Below are positions 32,301 to 40,000 of a stretch of 40,000 nucleotides of DNA, in pieces. Source of the DNA: Bacteroides sp. f07 (GTDB lineage Bacteria; Bacteroidota; Bacteroidia; Bacteroidales; Bacteroidaceae); NCBI RefSeq assembly GCF_042854785.1, contig NZ_BAABXI010000001.1:2795656-2835655 (forward strand), written 5' to 3'. The position numbers and the translations under genes were made by a program. The first letter of the stretch is position 1, and each line of letters starts with the position of its first letter. The notes below the pieces were generated by a model. The model was not told the DNA's origin and did no database searches. It saw only the letters and a list, made by a program, of their open reading frames with translations.

Positions 32301-32583
32301 CTACAAATGAAAATACCAGAATACCATCTGCCGGAGCAATGATGGAATATTTCCCATCCAAATCTGTTACTGTTCCTTGTTGAGAACCTTTCACCAGAAC
32401 CGAAACCCCTATTAACGGTTCGCGTGTATCGTCCAAAACAACTCCGTTCACAGTTACCTTCTTTTGTTCTATACCCGAAGCTTCGAGTGAAGCCGAAAAT
32501 GCAGGCATGTAGAAAGAGAGGATAACCAGTAAGATACTCGGCATGCGGAATAGCTTACTCTTTAATAAAAATGCATTTAACAT
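29320..32583 (-). CDS. SusC/RagA-family TonB-dependent transporter
   Basis: 1087-aa ORF. CarbopepD_reg-like N-terminus (VTVNGVVLDD...GVSVLVKG), plug (VVVIGYGKQSK...) and a barrel ending in ...FIFSVKFTM. Confidence 0.9.
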   Translation of the reverse strand: MLNAFLLKSKLFRMPSILLVILSFYMPAFSASLEASGIEQKKVTVNGVVLDDTREPLIGVSVLVKGSQQGTVTDLDGKYSIIAPADGILVFSFVGMEKLEIPVKGRSNILVTMKSSSVALSDVVVIGYGKQSKTALTSAITKVDSKDMAISPTGNPMSMLQGKVPGMEIRVNSGQPGSDPQIIVRGGTTTAPESDSPMVIIDGVIRTMKDINYADIETIQVLKDAASTAIYGSKASRGIVMITTKQGKAGKGSISFSYGLSVDHQPKRMPLSGAREYLTATRTAALHTTDPDKYLSGTFAMSTANKRNALNTTAFLDDYITNYGQGYVEDLLYNQGWEMMEDPANPGKMLIFKETDFQDNLFQTPVNHDFNINFSGGNEKATYYMSLGYLTQDGIVVGTNYNRWSFLTNASYKIRKNLTVRGMVNYSMRTTAGINENNVMSRAAKMPPTVRQYYEDGTPAPGELTSSFRTRLHEVYYQEKENRVSRINLSAELDWEIIPGLHLKPMFSYTNNEGKDHNFERYNEVVKNRPVSEAHNMDLHYQYDLILNYTKTIKDKHNLDLMAGGNYIYDNWYRFSGSGYGGTSDYIETLNGIAAESAKTTSTFEEKKMNSYFGRVNYNYDMKYLFSASIRYDGSSHFAANHKFAAFPGVSAGWNMHREAFFEPLSKVVSNLKLRASWGKTGYDNLALENTEGSYEAGKNYAGEAGILNTVLMNRNLLWEETTSTDLGLEAGFLNNRINLSFDAYYKKTTNRLLNENLWSETGFASIKSNFGSLNTKGVEIAINAIPIQTHDFRWNIDANFSIWRTTIGKLPNNGADKNRTGGGIIFDPKLGKYVEVGGFAEGERFGSRFAYQLDGVYSTDEDAANAPYDEGVSSGWLGKGKCAGDAIWRDVDGNGIINSKDMVFVGYIHPDKMGSFNNTFTYKNFTLRIATDFSLGNVIDNHFRAQANANSRNNFATIHDVASSKMWHKPGDIASIPRYDVESDWDNGKRNHGRPSSSTIGFSGGSANTLYIKKGDYLAFREVSLSYPLRTKWLRAAKIETLDLTAAVYNLGYWTAYDGLTPEVIGADAGKYSRPRQFIFSVKFTM

Positions 32584-32653
32584 AAATTGTAGATTACAAG
32601 TTAATAACTCTAATTTTAGGTTTTTCTATTTTCTCGTCTCATATATTATAAAA

Positions 32654-34078
32654 TTATTTGGCAACAAAAGGAGAAGCCGGCAATCCGAAGTTTGAAAATA
32701 AATTCAACGGCTGATAATTCCTGAACCCGTACTTAACCCCTACCGGTTCGGGAACTTGTTCGCTAGTCAGCACCACTTTGGTTTTATTATCAAAAAGAAC
32801 AGCCTTCGCCGGATAATAAACACCATCTTTTCCGGCAATCTCAAATCCGACAATTTCCCGGTCATACGATGTCATCCCCATTTCCGCGTAATCGAACTCC
32901 ACAATTATTTTTTCTTTATCTATTGCAAAAGACTTGTAAAGAGGACCGCTATAAGGTGTTCCGCTACGCTGGTAAGTTTTTGCCAATGCCCACAGGGCAA
33001 GCCGTTTCCCTACACTCTCCTTGTCAGAGGGATGTACACAGGTACGATTTCCAATATCCACCGTGACAACCATACCTGCATTGGGAATCTCCTTCAAACA
33101 TTCCAATTGTACTTGCCGGATTTCAGCAGCATCCGTCTTATCCGCATTTTTCCGCCCGTAATCATAGGGGGCTATCTGCACATAATAAAAAGGAAATTCG
33201 CCCTGGTTCCATTCTTTCCGCCAAGACTCTACCATCGCCGGAAACAACCGTTTATATACCTGAGGATTATTTAAGTTACTTTCGCCCTGATACCAGATAG
33301 TACCTTTAATGGTGAATTGCTTTATCGGATGAATCATCGCATTGTATAGTAACGTAGGTTCATCTTTCGGTCTGGCAATGTCTTTAGGGTCTTTGGTCAG
33401 TACTGATAAAGATATTTCCGGAAACTTTTCCGTATATACCTCTTTATTAATCCACGACTCAATCTTGGAACCGCCCCAACTGGAACAAATGACGCCTACC
33501 GGCACATTCAAAATTTTACGCAGATAACTTGCAAAGAAATAGGCAGTGGCACTGAAATCCGCAACATTAGCCGGAGTAGATTCCATCCAGGAAGTTGCCA
33601 TACAATCATCCAGCAATGTCTGGCTACTATTTATTTTAAGCGTAACCATACGGATATTATCAGATGGCGAAGCTGTTGCAATTACGTCACATGAGCCTTT
33701 TACCGATTGTCCCCTGAATCCCTTTACAGGCATTTCCATATTCGACTGTCCCGAACATAACCATACTTCTCCTATCAGGACATTGGTTAGTGCCACCGGT
33801 TCCCCGTCGGATATGGTAATAGTATAAGGGCCGCCGGCAGAAGGCGTCTGTACCTGTAGCTTCCATGTACCGTCCGATGCGGAAGTGGTTGTATAGGTTT
33901 TATTATCCCAAGATGTTTTAACTGTGATTTTTCGGGAACGGGCAGCCCATCCCCACAGATTAGCATTGGTATTCTGCTGCAATACCATATCATTCCCTAT
34001 TATTGCCGGTAGCTTTACCTTTGCTACCAAAGGTAAAAGACAAAGCATACCGGCAATTATGCATAGTACCTTTTTCAT
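32654..34078 (-). CDS. Sialate O-acetylesterase (SASA/SGNH-type)
   Basis: 474-aa ORF with a signal peptide. The GEVWLCSGQSNME catalytic Ser motif and WYQGESN are typical of sialic-acid 9-O-acetylesterases. Confidence 0.85.
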   Translation of the reverse strand: MKKVLCIIAGMLCLLPLVAKVKLPAIIGNDMVLQQNTNANLWGWAARSRKITVKTSWDNKTYTTTSASDGTWKLQVQTPSAGGPYTITISDGEPVALTNVLIGEVWLCSGQSNMEMPVKGFRGQSVKGSCDVIATASPSDNIRMVTLKINSSQTLLDDCMATSWMESTPANVADFSATAYFFASYLRKILNVPVGVICSSWGGSKIESWINKEVYTEKFPEISLSVLTKDPKDIARPKDEPTLLYNAMIHPIKQFTIKGTIWYQGESNLNNPQVYKRLFPAMVESWRKEWNQGEFPFYYVQIAPYDYGRKNADKTDAAEIRQVQLECLKEIPNAGMVVTVDIGNRTCVHPSDKESVGKRLALWALAKTYQRSGTPYSGPLYKSFAIDKEKIIVEFDYAEMGMTSYDREIVGFEIAGKDGVYYPAKAVLFDNKTKVVLTSEQVPEPVGVKYGFRNYQPLNLFSNFGLPASPFVAK

Positions 34079-34097
34079 GATTTATAGTTTTAAATGA

Positions 34098-35333
34098 TTA
34101 ATCTTTCATATCAATGGTCTTAGGCCGCAGACATGTGACCAAAATGACCAGCATAATCAATACGAATATCGCCAGAAGCGCGAAATCGCGTCCCAAATGT
34201 CCGGCATCCGTAGATTCTCCCAAGATACCGGTTATTGCCGCTCCCGCAAATACTCCGCACATATTCATAATACCATAAGCCGTCGCCCTGTAACGGGCTG
34301 AAACAAACTGGCAAAGAATCGGCATATTATTTGCGTCGAACATTCCGAATCCCACTCCGAACAAAACTGTTCCCATCACCAATGCGAAAATGGAATGACC
34401 GAATCCGATGAACAATAAAGAGGGGATAATAAAAGCCAATCCCAAAGCTCCCGTATATACTCTTCCACGCACATTTTTGAGCACCCATCGGTCAGATATA
34501 TATCCACCGGCTAAAACTCCGAACAGTGAAGATAAAGCGATGGAGATGGTAGACATCGGTCCTGCCACGGAAATATCAATAGACAGGCTCTCAGAAAAGA
34601 GAGTCGGCAACCAGTTTTTTGCCGCCCATCCCGGAGTGCCCGGCACGCAGAAGTAAAACAAGATAATCCAGAAAAAGACATTGGAGAACAACATACCCAA
34701 GCTTTTCAGAACCGGTATCTTTTTCACTTTCTCTTGTATGGCAGAGACAGTTCCCCTTTCCTTATCCCGTAAGAAAAAAGCCAGAATGACGCCATATCCT
34801 ATACCAATAATACCAAACCAGTGGAATGTACTATGCCAGGAATACATGGCGGCAAAAGTAGCTCCGAAACCACCTATTGCCTGCCCGACATAAAGTCCCG
34901 TCATATGTATTCCCACTGCCAGCGAACGTGTCTTGTCCTGATGAAAATCAGCTATCAGAGACAGTGCGGCGGGCAAGTATAGCGCTTCACTCACTCCCAT
35001 AATTCCACGAAGCCAGTAAAGCTGGTCAAAAGTAGTGGCATACCCCATCAGGTAAGTAACTCCGGACCATATACACAAACTGCCTACAATCAACCATTTA
35101 CGGCTCATACGGTCGCCGATAATCCCGGAAATGGGACTCATCAGTCCGTATATCCACAGGAAGACCGCCATCAATCTGCCGAAATTGGCTGCCGATTCCA
35201 GTTCACGGACATCTGTCATCATAGGAATCCGCATGGTAGAGAGCATCTGCCTGTCCATATAGTTGAGTAAAGCAACTCCCCATAACAATCCGACTACCAC
35301 CCAAGGATATATATTTGAAGTTTTACTGTTCAT
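34098..35333 (-). CDS. MFS transporter (probable sialic acid/anionic sugar importer by context)
   Basis: 411-aa ORF with about 12 TM spans. LNYMDRQ and GxxxDRxxRK motifs of ACS-type MFS carriers. Confidence 0.8.
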   Translation of the reverse strand: MNSKTSNIYPWVVVGLLWGVALLNYMDRQMLSTMRIPMMTDVRELESAANFGRLMAVFLWIYGLMSPISGIIGDRMSRKWLIVGSLCIWSGVTYLMGYATTFDQLYWLRGIMGVSEALYLPAALSLIADFHQDKTRSLAVGIHMTGLYVGQAIGGFGATFAAMYSWHSTFHWFGIIGIGYGVILAFFLRDKERGTVSAIQEKVKKIPVLKSLGMLFSNVFFWIILFYFCVPGTPGWAAKNWLPTLFSESLSIDISVAGPMSTISIALSSLFGVLAGGYISDRWVLKNVRGRVYTGALGLAFIIPSLLFIGFGHSIFALVMGTVLFGVGFGMFDANNMPILCQFVSARYRATAYGIMNMCGVFAGAAITGILGESTDAGHLGRDFALLAIFVLIMLVILVTCLRPKTIDMKD

Positions 35334-35336
35334 GAC

Positions 35337-36977
35337 CTACCTGTTTAGAATTTCCGTCAAATCAATTTTAATAAAAGCCATATTTGCCTGGCTGCTTTCA
35401 TATAATATCCCTATTGAATTTTCATCTATTGAAGTGATACTGGAATAACCGGCACTACGATATTGGTCAAACAGAATCCAGTATTTCTCAGGCCATGTCA
35501 GTCCGTCGTCAAAACTAACTTTCAAAGTCAATTTATCCCGTGTCTTATAATCACTGGGATTGGCAAATAATAGTATGCTTTTCTTTTCTCCATCCACAGT
35601 ATAATCATGGCGATGTAAACTTGCCATACACGTCGGTTCCACCAATGCTTTCCGTGACGTGGGATGCTCTGTCCATGTTTCGCCCAAGTCTGTCGTCGTA
35701 CAGATTCTCCGGCCATTCACTTCTTTATTACCCCGATTTCTGTTATCGCGCATATTCAGCATTACAGTACCGTCACTTAATTGGGCTGCATTACATTCCG
35801 TCACATTCGAATAAGCCGGATTGCTGGTTGTCCATGTCTTTCCGTGGTCTTTACTATATGTAATATTGGAGAATGCTGCTCCTTTATCATCACGTCCTTG
35901 TGTAGGAAAGACCAGAGTACCATCCGCCAGTGTTATTCCTTGTCCGGGAGCCGGAGCAAACAACCACCATTCTGGGCGTTTGGTCTTACCTGTTATATTA
36001 TCGGGGAAGCTCCATGTCAGTCCGTCATCCGTGCTTTTAGTTATCAGGAACTGACAGGTCTCTTTCAGACCAGTTCCGGGTTGCGAGCCTTTCTTTCGCC
36101 ACTGGTGTATCCAGTAAGTACTGTTTTCATTCAAGCCCTCTATCCACTTGCCATTATCATCCAATGCACCGTGCATCCACAATCCGGCTATATAAATATC
36201 ATTTGTGTGTTTATCCACAAGGATGCACGCATCACTCACTCCATTAAACTTTTGCGGCAGTCCTCCCCATTCTCCCATATCCAACACCGTCTGGATGGGT
36301 TGCCATGTCAGTCCTTTGTCAAAGCTACGATGAAGAGCGATATCTATGTTTCCCTGCAAATCGCGAGTCAAATCATAACGGGCATCAAATATAGCCAGCA
36401 GAGTTCCGTTGTTACTGGTAGCCAATCCCGGAATACGTGAAGAAACAATACCATCCTGTCCTTTCTGTCTTAGTGCCACTCCCACTCTTAGGGGGATAGC
36501 CTCCTTATTCGAGACTTTCAGTTCTCCCCGACTGGTTTTTATCCGGCTGCAATTCACACTAATGCGGTGTGTCAATGGAACCGTATCCTTCAATGTCACT
36601 GCTATCCAAAACGACAAGGAATCATCTTTCACTTGTATATTATCTGTAAAAGATATCTTCCGTGCAGCGGGCATCGGTTTACATATCAGACGGGATTCAT
36701 CTATCAGCCCGTTTTTATGAGTTCCATATACCGCAACAGAAAGGATATCAGACAAGTCCGTACTTCCTTGCAAATCGACATCAATCTGCCGGATAGTGTA
36801 AGGACGGCTGCCTGTTTGAATCAAAGTTGCCTTAATAGTCGGATTAATCTGCTTCTTGACCAAAACAGGGATGACAGGCCTTTCCAGTTCGAACCTTATA
36901 TCTTTACCCAAAGATATATCCGGTATCCATAGCAAAATCATCGAAAATATGATAAATATTTTCTTACTTACTTTCAT
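35337..36977 (-). CDS. nanH: GH33 sialidase with N-terminal accessory domain
   Basis: 546-aa ORF with a signal peptide. RIP motif (SSRIPGLA). Asp-boxes SFDKGLTW, STDDGLTW, SKDHGKTW, TTDLGETW, SFDDGLTW. Confidence 0.85.
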   Translation of the reverse strand: MKVSKKIFIIFSMILLWIPDISLGKDIRFELERPVIPVLVKKQINPTIKATLIQTGSRPYTIRQIDVDLQGSTDLSDILSVAVYGTHKNGLIDESRLICKPMPAARKISFTDNIQVKDDSLSFWIAVTLKDTVPLTHRISVNCSRIKTSRGELKVSNKEAIPLRVGVALRQKGQDGIVSSRIPGLATSNNGTLLAIFDARYDLTRDLQGNIDIALHRSFDKGLTWQPIQTVLDMGEWGGLPQKFNGVSDACILVDKHTNDIYIAGLWMHGALDDNGKWIEGLNENSTYWIHQWRKKGSQPGTGLKETCQFLITKSTDDGLTWSFPDNITGKTKRPEWWLFAPAPGQGITLADGTLVFPTQGRDDKGAAFSNITYSKDHGKTWTTSNPAYSNVTECNAAQLSDGTVMLNMRDNRNRGNKEVNGRRICTTTDLGETWTEHPTSRKALVEPTCMASLHRHDYTVDGEKKSILLFANPSDYKTRDKLTLKVSFDDGLTWPEKYWILFDQYRSAGYSSITSIDENSIGILYESSQANMAFIKIDLTEILNR

Positions 36978-37094
36978 AGTATCTTTATTTTAGGTAATTT
37001 TGAACGCATTTAACTAGATTAGGGGGAGATAGACAGGAAGTAAAGTAGCTAACCCCAGCAATACACTTTTACTGTCATCTCCTCTTTCTTATCA

Positions 37095-38006
37095 CTAGAA
37101 CTCAAAGAATTTTATCGCATCCAAATCACTTTTTAGTTTTTCATACTCTTCCGCTGAAAAAGTTTTTATCGGCAACCGGCAACTGCCGCAATCAATACCT
37201 ATCAGTTTCATGATAGCTTTACCGCCACGTACACCTCCACCATATTTTATAATAACTTCCACTGTACGTATCGACTTCATCTGCCAGGCACGTGCCGTTT
37301 CCACCTCATTTTTCTTCATAGACTCAAAAATGGCATGGTAGACATTAGGGATATAATTGTATGTACTTCCCACACCTGCCACTGCTCCCATAGACAAACC
37401 TGCAATCAGAATCTCGTCAAAGCCATGCAATACTTCAAATTTATGCTGCTCCAAGTCGATGCAAGCCCCCATCTCCATCAGGTTATTATGAGTAAATTTC
37501 GTACCTACCAAGTTGGGCATTTTCTTCTTACCCTCTACCAAAAATTTATCTACCGACAAGTTAACTCCTGTGATTGACGGCATATTATAATAATAGAAAG
37601 GCAACTCACTGGCAACCTGACAAATCGGCGTAAAGAAATCGACCAGTTCATCTACTGTCCCCGGCTTGAAAAAAGAAGGGGCAATTGAAGCGATAGCATC
37701 AGCTCCCGTTTGTGCGGCATGACGTGCCAGTTCCATGGCATTCCGCTGACAGTTTGAACCGACATGTGCAATCACCTTGAAACGCTTGGCGGCAGAAGCT
37801 ACCCATTTTTCAAGAATTGCCTTACGCTCGTCAATCGTCAACGAAGAAAATTCACCGGTTGTACCGCACACAAATACCCCTTTCACGGGGGTGGATGCTA
37901 TCCAGTCGGCATACTTATCAATAACAGATAAATTCACATCCCCATTTTCATCCATTGGAGTGAAGGTGGCCGCAACCATACCTTCCAGTCTTTCATAATT
38001 GTTCAT
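37095..38006 (-). CDS. nanA: N-acetylneuraminate lyase (DHDPS/NanA family)
   Basis: 303-aa ORF. GVFVCGTTGEFSSLTIDERK motif, a Schiff-base Lys region (LVGTKFT) and sialic-acid locus context. Confidence 0.8.
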   Translation of the reverse strand: MNNYERLEGMVAATFTPMDENGDVNLSVIDKYADWIASTPVKGVFVCGTTGEFSSLTIDERKAILEKWVASAAKRFKVIAHVGSNCQRNAMELARHAAQTGADAIASIAPSFFKPGTVDELVDFFTPICQVASELPFYYYNMPSITGVNLSVDKFLVEGKKKMPNLVGTKFTHNNLMEMGACIDLEQHKFEVLHGFDEILIAGLSMGAVAGVGSTYNYIPNVYHAIFESMKKNEVETARAWQMKSIRTVEVIIKYGGGVRGGKAIMKLIGIDCGSCRLPIKTFSAEEYEKLKSDLDAIKFFEF

Positions 38007-38030
38007 AGTGCATTTAATTAGATTATTATT

Positions 38031-39110
38031 TTATTTCAACTTTCGGAAAGTTCCTTTCAATATTAACGGTGTCCGTATGCCGGGCTGTACCTCACCGCTT
38101 ACTACAAACACTTGGTTTCCAATAGAAACAGCATTTGTAGTAACAGGGACAGGATAAGGACAGTCGAACGAATCGACCAGAGAATCCGTATCCGTACTGA
38201 CCACCCGCAGTTTACGGCTGAATCCCGGATGTCCGGAAGATGTAGGCAAAATCTCTTCCACTCCTCCCAATAGCAGAATCTTGTCTTCTCCATAAGGTAG
38301 GGCAGTACCCGCCATTACCGGAAAAGAACCGGTCATTTTATTCCATTTCTTAGTGTCCGGTTCAAATACGTACCCCTCCGTATATTCCACCATCGCCTCA
38401 TCCGGTGCATAACTTCTTCCACTGAAGAGGTAAAACCGTCCTCGTTGAGCCACACCTACCGCATAAGAAAGGGAAGGGCCGTCCCACCCCGGCATTTCCT
38501 GCCATCCTTTCTCTTTATGAAGTAAATCAAGCATATAAAAATGATGAGTCGACCGTTCATTTAACATAGACTCCTGCCCCCCAGCAATATAAATACAATT
38601 ATCACAAATTGCTCCCGCTGCATTAGCCAACGGAACCGGCAAAGACGGATAACTGACAGAATCTATCACAAACGAATCTCCTTCTTTTTTTATCAGAAAT
38701 ACTTTATCACTACACTGCGCACGGTCGCATCCTCCGATACACAATAAACCTTCCGGCAAACTTATTGAAACCCCATAAGCAAGCGGACGGTCGAGGAAAT
38801 CATCATACACAGTCCATTCCTTTGTATCCAAGTCGTAACTATACAAAGCAGCCCACCAAGTCTTAACACCACCCTCCCAAGGATATTTGTCAGGAAAGTT
38901 GGCACCACCCAGCACAAGCAACTTACCTTCCACTATCCCGGAATATGCACCTGCTAATCCAACATTCTCCGACATACCGATGCATCCTGGGAGCAGCAAT
39001 GTATTTTCCCATTGTACCTCTATCCCTTTTCCTCCTTTTCTAAAACAAGATGTATTCATAGACAATAAAATTAAGGATAAACATGAAATTATCAGATGCC
39101 GCTTTTTCAT
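38031..39110 (-). CDS. nanM: Kelch-repeat N-acetylneuraminate mutarotase-like protein
   Basis: 359-aa ORF with a signal peptide. Repeated LLVLGG/IYIAGG/ILLLGG kelch-blade motifs. Adjacent to nanA. Confidence 0.7.
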   Translation of the reverse strand: MKKRHLIISCLSLILLSMNTSCFRKGGKGIEVQWENTLLLPGCIGMSENVGLAGAYSGIVEGKLLVLGGANFPDKYPWEGGVKTWWAALYSYDLDTKEWTVYDDFLDRPLAYGVSISLPEGLLCIGGCDRAQCSDKVFLIKKEGDSFVIDSVSYPSLPVPLANAAGAICDNCIYIAGGQESMLNERSTHHFYMLDLLHKEKGWQEMPGWDGPSLSYAVGVAQRGRFYLFSGRSYAPDEAMVEYTEGYVFEPDTKKWNKMTGSFPVMAGTALPYGEDKILLLGGVEEILPTSSGHPGFSRKLRVVSTDTDSLVDSFDCPYPVPVTTNAVSIGNQVFVVSGEVQPGIRTPLILKGTFRKLK

Positions 39111-39859
39111 ATACCTTCTATCTTTTCACTTTCTTCTTTCTCCGCCATCAATTCCTGGCTACGGTTTACCTTGAAAATCTTATAGACTTCAAAATGTCTT
39201 TCGATAGCATCCCGGTAGCCTTTCTCATCCCCCTTCTTGATAAAGTCCAGCAAATCGGCATGAGTAGCTATCCGACCGCTTTTGCTCATTTCTATATTTA
39301 TGGGTTTCAAGTAATCCTTGAATTTCTCTTTCACATAGACAAGTATAGGATGAATGATTTCCTGAAATTCAGATATGATTTTATTTCCGGTGATTTTATA
39401 CAGTTTCGTATGAAAAGCCGATTCACTAATCAATGCATATTCGTTATTCTCAAAAACGATACCCATTTTTACGATTTCGCTCAGTTCCTCGATGTCCTTA
39501 GGAGTTATCTTACGGAAAATGTCAGTTGATATTCCTATTTCAAGTGCAATTCTGAAATCCAACAAGTCCAAAATTGTTTCTTCACTCAAGACACGGGGGT
39601 CTATCACTCTTTTCATTCCCCCCAAAATGGAAGGTTCAGTCAGAACCATTCCCTTGCGGGGACGCGCATGAATCAACCCCATCATTTTCAGACGGCTCAA
39701 TGCCTCTCTGACAACACTCCTTGCAACTCCCAGTTCCGCCGCCAGACTATTCTCATTAGGAATAGAGTCTCCACGTCCTAAATCATTCTTTTTGAAGTAG
39801 GTAAGCAGACTGTCTTCTACCTGGTCGATTAACGTTGTTTGATTGATTTCTATCTTCAT
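39107..39859 (-). CDS. GntR/FadR-family transcriptional regulator (FCD domain)
   Basis: N-terminal wHTH (IPNENSLAAELGVARSVVREALSRLKMMGLI) and a helical C-terminal FCD-like domain. ATGA overlap with the nanM-like gene. Confidence 0.85.
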   Translation of the reverse strand: MKIEINQTTLIDQVEDSLLTYFKKNDLGRGDSIPNENSLAAELGVARSVVREALSRLKMMGLIHARPRKGMVLTEPSILGGMKRVIDPRVLSEETILDLLDFRIALEIGISTDIFRKITPKDIEELSEIVKMGIVFENNEYALISESAFHTKLYKITGNKIISEFQEIIHPILVYVKEKFKDYLKPINIEMSKSGRIATHADLLDFIKKGDEKGYRDAIERHFEVYKIFKVNRSQELMAEKEESEKIEGI

Positions 39860-39876
39860 ATCATTAGGCTTTTGTT

Positions 39877-39909
39877 ATTTGTATTATTTGTCAGACAAAT
39901 AATACAAAT
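39877..39909. promoter_or_regulatory. Perfect 16+1+16 bp palindrome, candidate GntR-type operator
   Basis: ATTTGTATTATTTGTC a GACAAATAATACAAAT. The centre TGTCAGACA fits the GT-N-AC core of GntR/FadR operators. It lies 18-50 nt upstream of the regulator ATG. Confidence 0.5.
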
Positions 39910-40000
39910 GCAATATTAAGGGATTTTTTTTAGAATACAAGAAGATAATAATAGAAAAATAAGCATATATGTTGAAAAACATACTTTAGGATATGAACGG

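Noticed and set aside
32587-32599. TTGTAGATTACAA palindrome as a second GntR operator.
   Set aside because: It has only 5-bp arms and lies 4 nt from the SusC ATG. That is too weak to annotate as a feature, so it is mentioned only in the operator finding.

Overview
This window looks like Bacteroides/Bacteroidales chromosome: SusC/SusD pairs, an ECF sigma factor, TAnnTTTG-type promoter boxes, and almost all genes on the minus strand. It has three parts.

(1) 1-6.2 kb, ordinary regulatory and transport genes: an ECF sigma factor, a LytTR response regulator, two tandem LytS-type histidine-kinase paralogs (one looks catalytically dead), and a TonB-dependent receptor.

(2) About 6.3-19.6 kb, an AT-rich accessory island. 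It starts with a decayed hicA next to an intact hicB and a probably 5'-truncated IS982-family transposase. The centrepiece is an integron-like array of 12 small co-oriented ORF cassettes, separated by 13 copies of a 52-60 bp imperfect-palindrome site. Ten of the 12 cassettes have their own 8-10 nt termini that are reverse complements of each other around a conserved TTA/TAA core, which is the signature expected of cassettes that circularise. The array abuts a tyrosine recombinase gene that lacks its N-terminal half. Two diverged but intact copies of an endonuclease-less group II intron sit in sense orientation at the same offset, 4 nt past a TTAGCAAC core, in two of the sites. The two cassettes downstream of the introns are the only ones that break the terminal-complementarity rule. 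Upstream of the recombinase remnant is an inverted repeat built from two recombinase N-terminal fragments, enclosing 3x21-bp and 4x22-bp tandem repeats. Recognisable cargo (an SMI1/KNR4 protein and a macrodomain protein) suggests orphan immunity genes. From memory, the locus resembles the recombinase-associated 'rAID-1' arrays reported in Bacteroidales; I cannot verify that here.

(3) 19.8-40 kb, core genes: a sugar O-acetyltransferase, a GH130 plus GT4-fusion operon, and a sialic-acid utilisation locus. That locus holds a PKD/LamG lipoprotein, two GH33 sialidases, SusD/SusC, a sialate O-acetylesterase, an MFS transporter, NanA lyase, a NanM-like mutarotase and a GntR regulator with a perfect 16+1+16 palindrome upstream.

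No rRNA, tRNA or CRISPR array was seen.
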